Notes: a model not told the origin generated them from the letters alone. 63,451 bases of DNA, filler included, from Octopus bimaculoides (GCF_001194135.2; 12 parts of 11 records of this genome joined end to end with filler, not necessarily neighbours in it), one strand, 5' to 3'. Shown: positions 1 to 13,414, counted from the first letter of the whole stretch. Numbers and translations are program-made.

Positions 1-75
1 TATATAAATGAATAGTCATATTTATATACATTTTTACATAGATTATTTCATCAATAGAGATTATGAATTTCATAG

Positions 76-408
76 CAGAAGACATGTAGATTTGCTGAAT
101 GTATCGAATTGAAATCTTATACTAAAAAAAAAATTAGTGTTAATTTGAATTTGGTGAAATCATTCACATTTCGACGTCCAAGTAAACAAATCTATCTTCT
201 AAACGTTTTGTTCAAGAATGTTAAATTTGATGTCACACAACAATATTTCTATGATCAAAAAAATCATGAAACTTGCCACAACATTTTAATTTTATTTGAA
301 ATTGAACGAAATAGTTTTTTTCCACCAGCTGCTAATATTGAAATGGACGTTCATGGAAATATATGTATAGATCAAATAACTCAAGTTTTAAATAGACTAT
401 ATGTATAT
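76..408 (+). CDS. Possible coding exon of an unidentified gene (penultimate exon)
   Basis: Open frame from 76 (QKTCRFAECIELKSY...QITQVLNRLY) after a TTTCATAG acceptor. Candidate phase-0 GT donors at 403 and 409 (GTATGT). No family recognised. Confidence 0.3.
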
Positions 409-429
409 GTATGTGTGTGTATTTATATA

Positions 430-474
<45 letters not shown>

Positions 475-540
475 AAGGATTTTGCTTATGTGCTTATGTG
501 CATATGATTACGATTAAATAATAATTTTCTTAGATTATAG

Positions 541-684
541 GAGAAATTTTGCCATAACTCTGATTTTCAAATGATGTTTTTGATGTTACGTATTATACAC
601 AGTTTATTGAAATCCACAGCAAAGAAGGATATTTTGAGCAATTACAGTTCTGTAGAGAAATATTTTGAACATAGAAGCGAATAG
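541..684 (+). CDS. Possible terminal coding exon (EKFCHNSDFQMMFLMLRIIHSLLKSTAKKDILSNYSSVEKYFEHRSE*)
   Basis: TTTTCTTAGATTATAG acceptor ends at 540. A 47-codon open frame is in phase with the donors at 403/409 and ends at TAG 682-684. Confidence 0.3.
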   Translation, partial: EKFCHNSDFQMMFLMLRIIHSLLKSTAKKDILSNYSSVEKYFEHRSE

Positions 685-1204
685 TCATTCGTGTTGTGTG
701 ACGATGGCGGCGTCTGAATTGAATAAGATATTTCTAAAAGAAAAATTTTAAAAAGAATATTGATATCTTATGCTGGTAGAGAAGGTTATTGTAATTGAAA
801 CAATCCTCATTTTTATTACTGGTACCTTTTAATCGATTCCACAGAAAAACTAAGTGAGGCTTGAAAGTATTTGAAATCAAAAACACAAACAACTTGTTTG
901 GCACTCTACCTATTCTACAATGGCAGCCCTTTGGGGAAAAATATTACAAACTTATTACATAGTTTGAGTTAACGCGTTTGGTTATATGAAAGCATATTTA
1001 GTTCAGGTGTAAAGCTAATTGTTTTATTCGCATGTTCATACTACAATATTTTCTAAGAAAAAAACTTATAAATTATTTATGACTAAACAAGGGAGTGCTA
1101 CAACGGAAGTGATGAGAACCTAACAACTATCAAAATCGCATGTCATTAATTGCTGATCTTGTTACCTTTCTTTAACTTCAGTTCTTCACGTTAGGAAGAA
1201 AATC

Positions 1205-1989
1205 TCAATATTTGTGGGTGTATCTTATACGTTGATTGTACGTATGTTAATACTGCTGTTAATACCACATATTTACTTTATCTGTAATATGCACACAAGC
1301 ACGAATAACATTCTGTTTTGACACACGCACATATTAACAGAAATCAGTAGGCTGATGCCATCGGTCTCGTGCGAATAAGTTCGCACTTATTCAATCGGAG
1401 TTTGAATAATAAATTACAACTTTACTATTTAGATGGTGAGTATGTGGTATGAATGTTTTAGAATTACGGTGAGATGTCAAGCAATCACGAACTTATAGCA
1501 AAAAAAAAAGGAAACATATACAAAAGAGATTAATCATTCAGGGTTTATAATGTTGGTTATTTCCATTATGATTGTGCTTGGCTATGGTGTATATGTGTCT
1601 ATGTGAATATGTTTGCATGTGTTTTATACATTTATGCTTCCACGCATTTGTGCACATGTTGTGGTTTGCATCATATGCCTGTAATATATCTGCATCATAG
1701 GCAGTTACTATATTGTTTCCCAGTCGACCTTTGGATATATAGTGTGATCGAATATTGTCTGTGTGGTGTATTCACTACGTGGACACGCTATTGCTGCAAT
1801 TTGTTGATGAGTTGGTTGCTGCAATTTGCTGTAAGTTGGTTGATAATTGAGAGTAGGGCATACAGTATGTTATACTGCATAGGGGGTGTATATATAAGGA
1901 GTAGGGGCTATATATATATACACATATGGAGAGAGAAAGAGAGGAGAAGGAGGGAGAGAGAGAGAGTAGAAGGAGGGAGAGAGACGAGA

Positions 1990-2078
<89 letters not shown>

Positions 2079-2285
2079 GTTTTGTAGTTCCAGCCAAGTT
2101 CATTCCTTGCCCATTCAGTAAATGATATAAAATGTTTACGTTCACCTTAGCGCTGGCGTACTATGAACACACGTTTGAAATAAAAACTCAATATTTGTGG
2201 GTGTATCTTATACGTTGATTGTATGCATGCTAATACGGCTGTTTATAGATGTATGCTGCCACATATTTACTTTCTCTGTAACACG
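1205..2285 (+). repeat. Diverged ~85-95 bp direct repeat pair (about 1205-1290 and 2188-2285)
   Basis: CTCAATATTTGTGGGTGTATCTTATACGTTGATTGTA...CCACATATTTACTTT occurs twice, about 1 kb apart. Confidence 0.8.
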
Positions 2286-2289
2286 CTCT

Positions 2290-2470
2290 TTTACCCTCTT
2301 ACTGGTGTCAATCATTTGACTGCGGCGATGCTGGAGCACCACTTTAAAGAGTTTTAGTCGAAGAAATCGACCTCAGGACTTATACTTTGTAAGCCTAGAA
2401 CTTATTCCATCGGCCTTTTTGTCGAACCTCTAAATTACGGGGACATAAACACACCAGCATCGGTTGTCAT
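2290..2470 (-). mobile_element. SINE family A, 3' part (shorter remnants at ~3297-3368 and ~6955-6995)
   Basis: TTTGACTGCGGCGATGCTGGAGCACC...TAGTCG is the reverse complement of the 3' tail seen in the plus-strand copies at 54040 and 60720. Confidence 0.8.
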
Positions 2471-2959
2471 TCACACACCAAGTTAGTGCATTTATATGCT
2501 TTGGTGGTGATGCCCTGTGTGTGCAGTAACGTTGTTCTACAGTACATATTCATTCGTAGACTTGAGCAGGAATTGTCTTAATTATCGTGAGATATATGCA
2601 TTTAAGTTATATTTAGGTGTCATTGTTCAGTATTATTGTAGTCTTGTATATTATTGGAGTGTTTGTATAATATTTGTGGCTTTTGTTCCATTGCTGTTAG
2701 GTTGAGGACGAAAATGTATTTTGAGAAAAGAGAGCGATTTGGATGATCCTCGTGCTGGATTTAGTGTGATAGTGTTTTTTTCTTTTTGCTGTTGTGTTGT
2801 TACGCATTGATATTAAGTGTTTGTGGACAGATAAAAATGGTGGAGTTGTACAGTGTTTAAATATTTATAATTTAAATGCGATTTGTGGTTATGGAGAGTG
2901 GTAGTGTTAGGGTTGGGAAGTGAAGCGGTAGGTGAGAAACACCTAGATCAGTTGGGTGC

Positions 2960-3290
2960 ATTTTGTAATCTAAATTACTTCGTGTACTGGTAAGGTCAAT
3001 AGTTTTTGCTTATTTTGTAATACAGAGATTACATCTGCCGCCTCGTTCATTCTATTTGTTGGTTTTAGCAACGATGCTCCTGTTTATGACACATTTGCTG
3101 ATATCTCTGAAAGTAATCACATATTGCGCGAATCTTGCTTTGAAGGTGATTCCTGTGAGTTTAATATAAGTTTCATAGTACCAGCTACATCGGACTTATT
3201 AGTTGTGCATAACAATCCCTTCTTGAAGCATTTGTTCATCAATAAATAGTGTTCTGGAGTCCTGAAATTTCATGATCGTTATGGAGAGTG
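2960..3290 (-). mobile_element. Degenerate Penelope-like GIY-YIG endonuclease fragment
   Basis: Minus strand reads TYIKLTGITFKARF...KTNK*NERGGRCNLCITK, matching the PLE EN motifs YIGxT-xxFKxR and RCxLCxxEK. It carries a stop codon and an internal deletion. Confidence 0.6.
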
Positions 3291-4256
3291 TCTTACTCTT
3301 TTACTCTCTTACTTGTTTCAATTATTTGACTGCGGCGATGCTGGAGCACCTCCTTAAAGGGTTTTAGTCTGTGAATTGCATTTATTCTACAAGTACTGAA
3401 GAAATTTACGAGTATGAGGGTCAACTGTCAAACTTAGATAAGTTCTATTGTTTAAATTTACATACATAGGTTAAACACAGTTCAACAGAGATAAACTCAT
3501 TTACCTACATCAAGCTTCCAACATGTATAAATACAGTACCCAAACTCAGTTCTACCTCTTTCTCCTACCGTCTGCCCAAATGAGAAATTCACGTATGACT
3601 TGACATCGCGTGACTACACAGATTTCACCCTCTCTACACAGTGAGGCAAATTCGTTTACGCTCTCCCTCTCCTTCAATCCGTTCTCCTGGCAGCCAACAA
3701 AATTTAACTCAACTACCTACAAAATAGACAACACAACTTCAACTGACATTTGTACAATAACAACTCGATGTTGTATTTTTCATTGTAATGATAAAATAAA
3801 GGCGATATGAATTAATATTTTTCTTCCTATCATTTATTTGTTACTCAAGCGCGCGCGCACACATAATAATAACAATAGTTCTAGGCTGGAATTTATAAAC
3901 ATTTGATACATCACTACGCGCGTTTCCACAAGTTACATGACTTTAACATCAGAACCTGCGTCCTTGGGATTATTACAATGTAGTCCGTAGTATCCGTGGA
4001 CATCCGGTTGATCATCATCATTGATTCATTTCATCAGGCGATACTGCATTAATGGATGAATCACAGAGGGATGTTTATCCCTTCTTGCTAGTATGAAGGC
4101 CAATCTAGCTAAGTAGGTATTTTTGTGTGTACTTGGTAGGATAGGACCATGATGCAACCCCGAAAAACTGACTCACTAGTCAGTACCATTAGACGTAGCT
4201 GAAGTAATGAAATTGGAGTTTTATTTGTATACCCTTAACGTTACCCTAAGCGAATT

Positions 4257-4292
<36 letters not shown>

Positions 4293-5237
4293 TTGCACAC
4301 TCACTCACACACGTATTCATGTTATAATATTCTCACATAGATACCTATCTATATACACATACTCCTATGACCCAGAAAATATAGTCATGCGACTATATTT
4401 ACCACATGCAGATAAGCATATATCTGGAGACATTGTTTGTAAGAAATATTTTTCTATAAACCTGTTTTTAGATTAAATTTGTTCAGCTATTGTTTAAGGC
4501 AATATGAATTCACCTGAATTTTCCAATTTTTCTCAGTCTTAAGCAAGAATTAGTTTATTTTTTCCTAACAAATTTCTTTTCCCCGTTTCGTTTATATAGT
4601 TTTTTAATAAGTTCTCTTCTTCTCCGATAAACAAATAGTAAATTTCCTTTTAAGATGAGATAACATTTATTGAAATAGTCGGGAATCAACTTAACGATAG
4701 AATAACTGTTCTAAATAACGAGAAATTCTCTCATGTATATGATACATTTATTTCCATATAAATACATAAGATTTGTTTATACATGAGTAAGGGCTAATTA
4801 CAAGATGATATTCACTTCAGCTACCTCATATAGTAGTTAAATACAACCATATTAGTAAACATATAGGCATACGCTGAAACCAGCAGAGACGCAGCTTCTG
4901 CGTAGTCGCTTCATCTGCTAGAAATAGCACTCAAATTACCTTTAAATCAAACTCCGACGTCTTACAAAGGAAATGGCATATTGGATAATGGAGTTCTGGA
5001 TATTTAAAATGGTGGAACACACTTTTCCGAAACACCTTTAACCATAGCATCATGTTTTTTTTATTAAACACCAACAACGTATATACATGCCATACACCCT
5101 TGATTAACTGTTAAACTAAGTATATTATATACCATATTCACTCGCTAACGTATTCATATATGCGTTAGCCATTTTCCAGATATGTATTCACATACATACA
5201 TACATACATACATGCATACATACATACATACATAGTC

Positions 5238-5315
5238 GTAGGAGTGGCTGTGTGGTAAGTAGCTTGCTTACCAGCCACATGGTTCCGGGTTCAGTCCCAC
5301 TGCGGGTTCAGTCCC
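5238..5315 (+). mobile_element. SINE family A tRNA-derived head, truncated
   Basis: GGCTGTGTGGTAAGTAGCTTGCTTACCAGCCACATGGTTCCGGGTTCAGTCCCACTGCG contains A- and B-box-like motifs. The 12-bp GGGTTCAGTCCC is duplicated at the break. Confidence 0.85.
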
Positions 5316-6255
5316 GGGCGATGCGAGGTAACGAGAATGAGTCTCATTTGCACATCACACGGTCGATACAATAAAGAAGAAATGAATAATACATTTATGT
5401 GCCAGAGAGAAAAGGGAGACACAACCGAGTAGAATATTTAAGAGAAGATTTATTGATATGTTAACATGTGTGTCTGTGTGTGCATCATGTATACAGAATA
5501 ATAGACAGGACGTCGTGAGAACAAAGTGTATGTGTGTATAGGCATGGATGTTTGAATAGCAATGAAGGAGACAGTGAAAGAGTCTATAACGAAAAGTTAG
5601 ACGAATGACCATAGACACAAGAATGTGAAATACCATTTCGTAGTCAATTGCACACGGTATTTGAAATACTGTATCAAGAAGTTGTGGCCAAGATGCGGAG
5701 CCGGTTGGGGTACATGTAGTACGAAGTTGTGGTTGTAATGCTGTTGCCTGGGTCACTTGGTACAGGAGTTCTCGCAGGTTGTATATTCGCAGTTGATCCA
5801 TGGTGAAGTAATTCACGAACAATGAAGTATTGGAACCATGGGGAGTTGCTTGTTGAGTTGTGTACGTAGAGACGATGTTAAGAAGATGATGGTGGCGATG
5901 AAGAAAGAAATTGCCGTAATGCTGTTGGACAAAGTTGGGAAGTCTCAACGTGGCTACCGCTGTATTGTCACTGGAACTGGCTGTGTTTTGTGAGATCAAT
6001 GGCTAGACCTTAAAAGTTCTAGAACCAAAGATCTCGAGACGAGGAAAAGCTGGGTTTTTATAAAGAGCTGTAGGCTCAAAAACTGGGTTGAGAACAGGCT
6101 GTCTCACGTGATCTTATTTAGAGCTTCGATTGGTTATACGCTGCAGATTGGCGCGACAGAGTAAGAGACAAATTGCGCCAATACCAACCAATCAGAGTAG
6201 TGGACACAACGGAGTCTAAATAGCGGCCAAAGGCTAGCTGTTATCTCCTACGTTC
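5316..6255 (-). mobile_element. Unclassified GC-richer insertion with a gag-like ORF (5355-5999) and an upstream CCAAT/TATA promoter; possible LTR retroelement remnant
   Basis: The ORF start AVATLRLPNF weakly resembles the Gypsy gag start 'AVxxKLPPF'. On the minus strand TATAAAAA lies at ~6056-6063 and a CCAAT at ~6131-6135; a CCAAT in the opposite orientation lies at ~6188-6192. Confidence 0.35.
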
Positions 6256-6434
6256 GAATGCACGTATATGTAATAAAGGGGAGAGAAAAATTTCACTCGA
6301 GTGTACGCTACAAGTTCTTTCGTTCTAACAACTGGAACATTCATTCGTTAACACCAACGAGCTCATTATTACATGACATACATGCATATCACTCACACAC
6401 ACANNNNNNNNNNTATCACTCACACACACATACA

Positions 6435-6490
<56 letters not shown>

Positions 6491-9400
6491 GCGTGCACAC
6501 ACAAACATGTATTTATCATTATGTCATAATGTGTATAAATATCTATATACATACTCTTATAGTCCAGAATATATATTCACATGAGTATTGTTACCATATG
6601 GAGATGAGTATATATTTCATCAGAAGATCATCATCACTAAGTTATTAGAATATTAGTATATTGTGAGTCAATTGATGGTATATTAGTCTACTGTGAATAT
6701 GTTCTAGTAATCCAGGGAAACAAGGATAAATTGTTAATAGTATTCAATGTTGTAAATAAAATGTACTGAAGGATATAACTTTGTAAATTAAACAAAATTA
6801 AAGACGCTAGAGAATCGTAAAGAGCTATCTTCTTTTTATACATCTCATCGGGGACAAGAAATATTTAATTTGGGAACGTATTGTTGACTGAAATATATAG
6901 ATTTATTCATTTTAGCATAACAAACGAACATTGCTAATATTCTTTTTTTTTATTCGTTTCAGCCATGTGGCTGCGGTCATGCTGGAGCACCGCTGTGGAA
7001 ATATATGTCAGTAATTTATAGAACTAGTTTCTAAGAAACTTTTTCCTATCTACGATATGGTTATATAAAAAGCAGTCGTTAACGACAGTCCAGGGTATAT
7101 GGTTGAATTTAATTTTCACATGCAGTGTTGGCTTAAATCAATAAATTAATTCTGAATGTTATAACAAAAGGAACACTACTAACATGGCAGTAATTTGGTA
7201 ATAAAACTAGCCACCAAGAATATATCATTTGTGCAAATCGGTGTATCCGATTTGATAAAGCTCTTCATAAAAACAGCTGTATAAACAGACACATCATAGA
7301 TTACCCCTCTCACTACAATTGTCCAGTGTACTTAAGTAATCATTATATTCTAATAAATTCAGGCTTGTGTCCTCACCTTGGTTGTTATAGCCACACCATA
7401 TCGGCCGTTATATCCTCCAACCTTCTTTAGGTACCTGTGTGTCTCGTACTCGGTAAAGATCTGAGGGATTTTGAACCGAGTCTTTTATCCCATCTGCAAA
7501 GGCAATTGTTCTCATTTAGTTATCCATACCCAAGATATTAGCTATTTTCTAACTTGTGATGGCACTTGTTCAACTTGAGTGATTTCCACTCGCATAGGGA
7601 TTGACAACACCCCCACCGAGTAAACTCAAACACAAGACTCAACACCTAATCTAGTTTTTAATTGTAGTCCTCGCCTTAATTTTCTATAGTTAACTTTAAC
7701 CCACACCCAAATATCCAAACATGGTGTCGAATACGTTTTCCTAAAATTAGATGTTTCTTTAATTTCCCTTGCTATAATCACTAGAAACGTTTATATCCGG
7801 GTATATTTTAGTATCTCAGATGTATAGAGATACTTCTATTGTAACTGTTTGGAATGAATGCCCTGTGGAATACTAGAAATCATTCAAGTTTTGTCTACTG
7901 AAGAATTTTAAGAAAATGGAATTACATATACTAAACTTTTCAGCAATTAAACTATTCAAGAGATGGAAACATAAAAGACCGGACGATGTCCTCCGGGACA
8001 GAAAATACAAGTTGAGTACTTTTGTAAAAGTTGGTTTTGTAAAATTACACAATACAAATTTGAGAAAGTGTGCCGGTACACTACTTATAATACTTTTCTA
8101 TTTTTATCCAGAAATACTTGAACGATTGATGAAAACACAAAATGGTCGATCGAAGCTTTGTTAATGAAATTTGGTTGACAGAAAATGTCTGGACGTCAAG
8201 TCGGAGGGATCCATTCTCTTCTGGTGATCGTCCAAATTGGTGACCCAGTTTTGCATCTTCATCTGATCCCTATCTGATTTTAGCTGAGTGTCTACTCAGT
8301 TGTAAATATTTAGACAAAATCTCCAGTTTGAAGATACTTTTCTTTTTCCTCTCTCATCCTTACTTCAGAGGCGCCACCAGTCCTCTTCTAATTAAGCAAG
8401 TAAAAGAAAATATATGGACGGTAAAAAACAGTGCTACTCTAATGCTCCTATTTCACAAATTTGCAAATATTGGCAGACAATGAAATAATGAGGAAGCTTC
8501 TCTGTGATCGTCTATCTGCAGAAAATTTCCTTTAAATTGTGCCCTGCCGTATTATATAAGCGCAAGACGCATTCAGTTGATGGTTTGCAATTAGTGCATC
8601 ACCGTGCACTGGTATGCCGCAGATTAAAAAAAATATAATCTAAAGCTTTAAAATGCTTGATCGTCTGTTTCTGGAATGCGTAAGTATAATTAATAAGACA
8701 AGGTAAGCAAATTTTGTAATTTTTTTTCTCTGAATACTCAACTTTAAATATTTTAGAAAACAGTTAATAGGAAATGTGCCAGTGATTTTTTTTTTTTTTG
8801 CTTGATTTCCATTGTATCACAAAAGACTGAGAAGCACCGAATTAGATACCGTAGTCCTATATTGTCCTAAAACAACGAATAGACATAGTTTGAATGCTTG
8901 GCATCATCTAGCAACTACGTTAGAGTAGACTACGGCTAAACAATAATAGTTTCGAATTTAGAGCTTACTTTGAATCTGATCTTCCTTGTGCAAGCAATAA
9001 TTCACTCGTCGCTTTTAGTTTCACATAACATTCACTTAATTAACTGCATACATTTTATGTCACCCACATTAATATCTTTGGTTTCATTAGGATTGTGAAG
9101 AATCGATTGATTAACATATACATCTTATATGTCAAATATGTCAAAAAACTAGGTTCTGAAATATATTTCTTGTCAGTTCAACTGGAAATTTTTTCGTGGA
9201 AATAATAGCAATCATTAAGTCAATGTTTTCTTTTTTGTTTTACATAATTATAGAGTGAAAGCAGGGATGGTGGAGAAATATTGAAAGGTAAAACTAGGGC
9301 AAAAGTATAATGTACCGGAAATTGAACAACAGATTTTTACGAAATTACTGTTTATATATTACAGGAATGTTAAAATAACGATAACAATATAAACCAATGA

Positions 9401-11029
9401 ACAGATGTATTCTGACAGATTTGTTATAAAAATAATGATGGCATCTTTTAATCTAATAGCTAGTTTGTTGATTGTATATAGGCAGTTATAAACGTTACCA
9501 ATTCACGGCACAGTAAATACAAAATATTTATGCATGTTTTTGTTTGAATTCCTCCCACAAAGAAGAAGCTGTTTTCTTTTTTAAAACTAAGAAATAAAGC
9601 TCCATCACTGGAATTTCAATAACAAAATCAGTAAATGTTACATATTGAAAAGTCTTGCATGATTTTACTCATCCGCTTACATCTCTGTCAAGTGTGTGTT
9701 AGCTGGTTACTTTCTTTGACTTCAAACCCTAGCCTTTCCAGATTATTCCTTAAGCATTCATTAACATAGGCAGCAATAGTTATTGGTATAAATGTGAACT
9801 TGTTATAAGCATATATATGCTTGAAGGTTTTGAAGCAGTTGTCCTTACTTTTACCAATCGGACTGATTTTAGTTAAAACTAACCTCTACGACCACACATG
9901 ATTTTTCATGTTCCAAATAAAAATATCAGGCAAGTCATGTTTGATTTTGATGCAATTTTCTTGGGAATGTTTCACCACTATTCTTAGGGTTGACATGTAT
10001 GTTTTCAACACACACACATACACACACACACACACACACANNNNNNNNNNNNNNNNNNNNNNNNNNNNNNNNNNNNNNNNNNNNTTAATTAATTAANNNN
10101 NNNNNNNNNNNNNNNNNNNNNNNNNNNNNNNNNNNNNNNNTATATATATATATATATATATATATATAAGTGTGTGATCAGGCACGTTTATATGTGAGTG
10201 AGTCACGTTTGCAACAGCTTTTTCAACGTGACACCTGGAATTGTTATTAATATATTTATGAATTTAACAAGTTCTCTACGGCAGTTAAAACAAATCCTAT
10301 TCCTGAAAATTGAACAAATTTATGAATAAATTTTATAGCTTTCAACTTTTTCTATTAACTTGAAAATTTTTAGTGATCGAAATATTTTGCAGGGAAAGCC
10401 ATTCAAAAGCAAGAAAAAAAATCAATAAATTAAGCAGGCAAGCTATCTTGACAGAAGTTTAATGAATGTTGACAGCAGTCCTGAAGAAAGAGGTTGACGA
10501 AGAGGACATTATCGCTATTTCAAAATTATAAATTTGCTAAATGCAGCATACAGGTAGTTAGTCTAAAATATTTGTTTGAAATTCAATTTATGGAAAATAA
10601 TAAACCCAAAAAGAGAATTGATCGAAGTAACAGTTGCTCGAATCAAAAATTTGATGGATTTATAACAAATATTAAAATTATTAGTGCAGTTTCTTTTTAA
10701 ATAAATGCTTTTTTATTAGAATAAATTTTATTAAAATCCAAAAGCCTTTGTGCATATGTGTGTATTTCTCATAACGTGAAAGAGTAACTTCTTACAACAA
10801 TAAAGACATTAGTACCATTTCCAGATATTAATTCAATTGCCACACACTACATAGTACTCAGGCTAGATTTGACGATATTTTATACCCCCACTTTTTTTTC
10901 AAGAAATGCTTGGTATAGCGATGAACAGTCAACGGCGTTGGAGAGCATAAGCATTAAAGTTATAATTGAGAAAAAGATAACTGACAGGAAAGACTAGAAG
11001 TCAACTGAATATTGAAAAAGAGTTACCTG

Positions 11030-11725
11030 TATCATAATGATTCGCGCCGAGTATCAAAATGCCGATATCATGACTATTGCTCATTGCTCTATGAACATTG
11101 TAAAGGCTTTAAGACGTAACATGGACAACTGCGACGGAAGCTATGAACCGTGGTCATCACGATGGGACACAGCAAGAGTTCTGACTGCGTTCGCACGTCG
11201 GAGTTCAGCCAACAACTGATGAACAGGAAATTAGGCTCAATCCAGACGACTATGTGAAGATGCTGGAGACTGGTCAATCTCTGACTGGAGAGGGCTGCTG
11301 TTGGAAGACCATACGTGTGGCAGCAGGATTTGGGTCATTGCCTTACCTCTAGAAAGAGTCAGATGTGGTTAGCGGAGAATTTCTATAACTTCACCAGCCC
11401 CAATTTCTGGCCACCTAATTCATCCGATTGTAATCCTATGGATTACTATGTACGGTTGTGGTTGAGAAAGACACCAACCGTCTTGCCTTCAACATCAATG
11501 CCTAGTTGATGGCCTAGATCAAGGTGGTGTTTAAATGTTTTCCCAGAGATACGGTTAGGAACGCATGCACCAAGTCCTGGAGTCGTCTTGAGGCCGTGAT
11601 GGAAGCAGACGGCGGCTACTTTGAGCAAACTCTTATTTCCCAGCCATAATCTAGTCGATACTTTTTCATTTGTATTTGTATTTTGTTTTCCTTTTATGAA
11701 AACAGTCAAATTAGCTCGGACACCC

Positions 11726-11729
<4 letters not shown>
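11030..11729 (+). mobile_element. Internally deleted Tc1/mariner maT (DD37D) transposon
   Basis: WQQD-(37 aa)-D counted in ...WPPNSSDCNPMDYY, with a frameshifted N-terminal part. Right TIR-like end GGACACCCTA followed by TA repeats at ~11718-11729. Confidence 0.85.
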
Positions 11730-11760
<31 letters not shown>

Positions 11761-12760
11761 NNNNNNNNNNNNNNNNNNNNNNNNNNNNNNNNNNNNNNNN
11801 NNNNNNNNNNNNNNNNNNNNNNNNNNNNNNNNNNNNNNNNNNNNNNNNNNNNNNNNNNNNNNNNNNNNNNNNNNNNNNNNNNNNNNNNNNNNNNNNNNNN
11901 NNNNNNNNNNNNNNNNNNNNNNNNNNNNNNNNNNNNNNNNNNNNNNNNNNNNNNNNNNNNNNNNNNNNNNNNNNNNNNNNNNNNNNNNNNNNNNNNNNNN
12001 NNNNNNNNNNNNNNNNNNNNNNNNNNNNNNNNNNNNNNNNNNNNNNNNNNNNNNNNNNNNNNNNNNNNNNNNNNNNNNNNNNNNNNNNNNNNNNNNNNNN
12101 NNNNNNNNNNNNNNNNNNNNNNNNNNNNNNNNNNNNNNNNNNNNNNNNNNNNNNNNNNNNNNNNNNNNNNNNNNNNNNNNNNNNNNNNNNNNNNNNNNNN
12201 NNNNNNNNNNNNNNNNNNNNNNNNNNNNNNNNNNNNNNNNNNNNNNNNNNNNNNNNNNNNNNNNNNNNNNNNNNNNNNNNNNNNNNNNNNNNNNNNNNNN
12301 NNNNNNNNNNNNNNNNNNNNNNNNNNNNNNNNNNNNNNNNNNNNNNNNNNNNNNNNNNNNNNNNNNNNNNNNNNNNNNNNNNNNNNNNNNNNNNNNNNNN
12401 NNNNNNNNNNNNNNNNNNNNNNNNNNNNNNNNNNNNNNNNNNNNNNNNNNNNNNNNNNNNNNNNNNNNNNNNNNNNNNNNNNNNNNNNNNNNNNNNNNNN
12501 NNNNNNNNNNNNNNNNNNNNNNNNNNNNNNNNNNNNNNNNNNNNNNNNNNNNNNNNNNNNNNNNNNNNNNNNNNNNNNNNNNNNNNNNNNNNNNNNNNNN
12601 NNNNNNNNNNNNTTTCTGCAGAGATATTCCCGGATTTAGCGCGCCAAAACGAAGACTTTTGAATCTTACCATAAAAATATAATTAACAGAACCGTGTACA
12701 CGTGCTTCATTCGTGGGGAACAACTAGTATACGATTCTGAGAATTATATTTATTTAATGG

Positions 12761-12824
12761 TCCGTAGTGATGAGAAACAGATATTTTCGATAAGAAAATG
12801 TTAATTTCGAAACTAGTTTACGGA
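12761..12824 (+). ncRNA. Type I hammerhead ribozyme motif (core GTGATGA)
   Basis: TCCGTA-gTGATGA-GAAA...TTTC-GAAA-CTAG-TT-TACGGA: 6-bp stem I, closed stem II, ACTAGT palindromic stem III. The inverted copy at 13681-13700 keeps an intact CTGATGA. Confidence 0.75.
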
Positions 12825-12827
12825 TAA

Positions 12828-13200
12828 TTAAATACGAATGCAAATACGCCTAATTATTTTTGCAGAGATAGAACTAAGTGCCACTTCTCAAAGAGATGCA
12901 AGACAAATAATGTAGTATACCGCTGTGACGTCCACACAAATAGCCAAACGAAATCACACATATGCGCTACTAAGAAACAAATGATTCTTAGATATAATAC
13001 GCACCAATCGAGCTTCAGAAATAGGAGTAAGGCCAACTCAACAGGGCTCAGTACATACATTTGGGAGCTTAAGGATAAAAACGTAGATTATAGTTTAAAC
13101 TGGCGTATACTCACAAAAACAACCTCCTACAACACCACCAAGAGACGCTGCGATCTTTGTCTATCAGAACGCCTAGCTCTACTTACAGCTAATCAACCCC
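12828..13200 (+). pseudogene. Penelope-like GIY-YIG endonuclease ORF fragment (~124 open codons)
   Basis: CRDRTKCHFSKRCKTNNVVYRCDV...LRYNTHQSSF...STGLSTYIWELK...WRIL...YNTTKRRCDLCLSER matches the PLE EN C-terminal motifs. Confidence 0.9.
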
Positions 13201-13366
13201 TNNNNNNNNNNTATGGATAGACCATAGTTAAGCTCCAGGTTCGGTGATTATGTGAATAAGGTGTCCAACGCAGGTCATATATCAGCATGTGAATATAAGG
13301 ATTTACTTTTCGTAATGAGATAAAAAACCAAGGCTGTGTACATTATAGAACATTTATAAATAGAAG

Positions 13367-13414
13367 GTCTTACAGCTGTTTCCAGGATATTTATTATATC
13401 CCTTCATCCGAGAC
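13367..13414 (-). ncRNA. Type I minimal hammerhead ribozyme motif (core CGGATGA)
   Basis: Reverse complement GTCT-CgGATGA-AGGGATAT aataa ATATCCTG-GAAA-CAGCTG-TA-AGAC. Confidence 0.75.

Noticed and set aside
1365-1400. Overlapping hairpins GTGCGAA/TTCGCAC and GAATAAG/CTTATTC
   Set aside because: No catalytic core or family context could be assigned.
3390-4045. CTGAAGA (3395) and minus-strand CTGATGA (~4033) as HHR cores
   Set aside because: No GAAA with a closing stem II, so these may be chance matches.
8225-8275. IVQIGDPVL, similar to the peptide deformylase N-terminal motif
   Set aside because: Only 9 residues in a short frame closed by stops, with no other PDF motifs.
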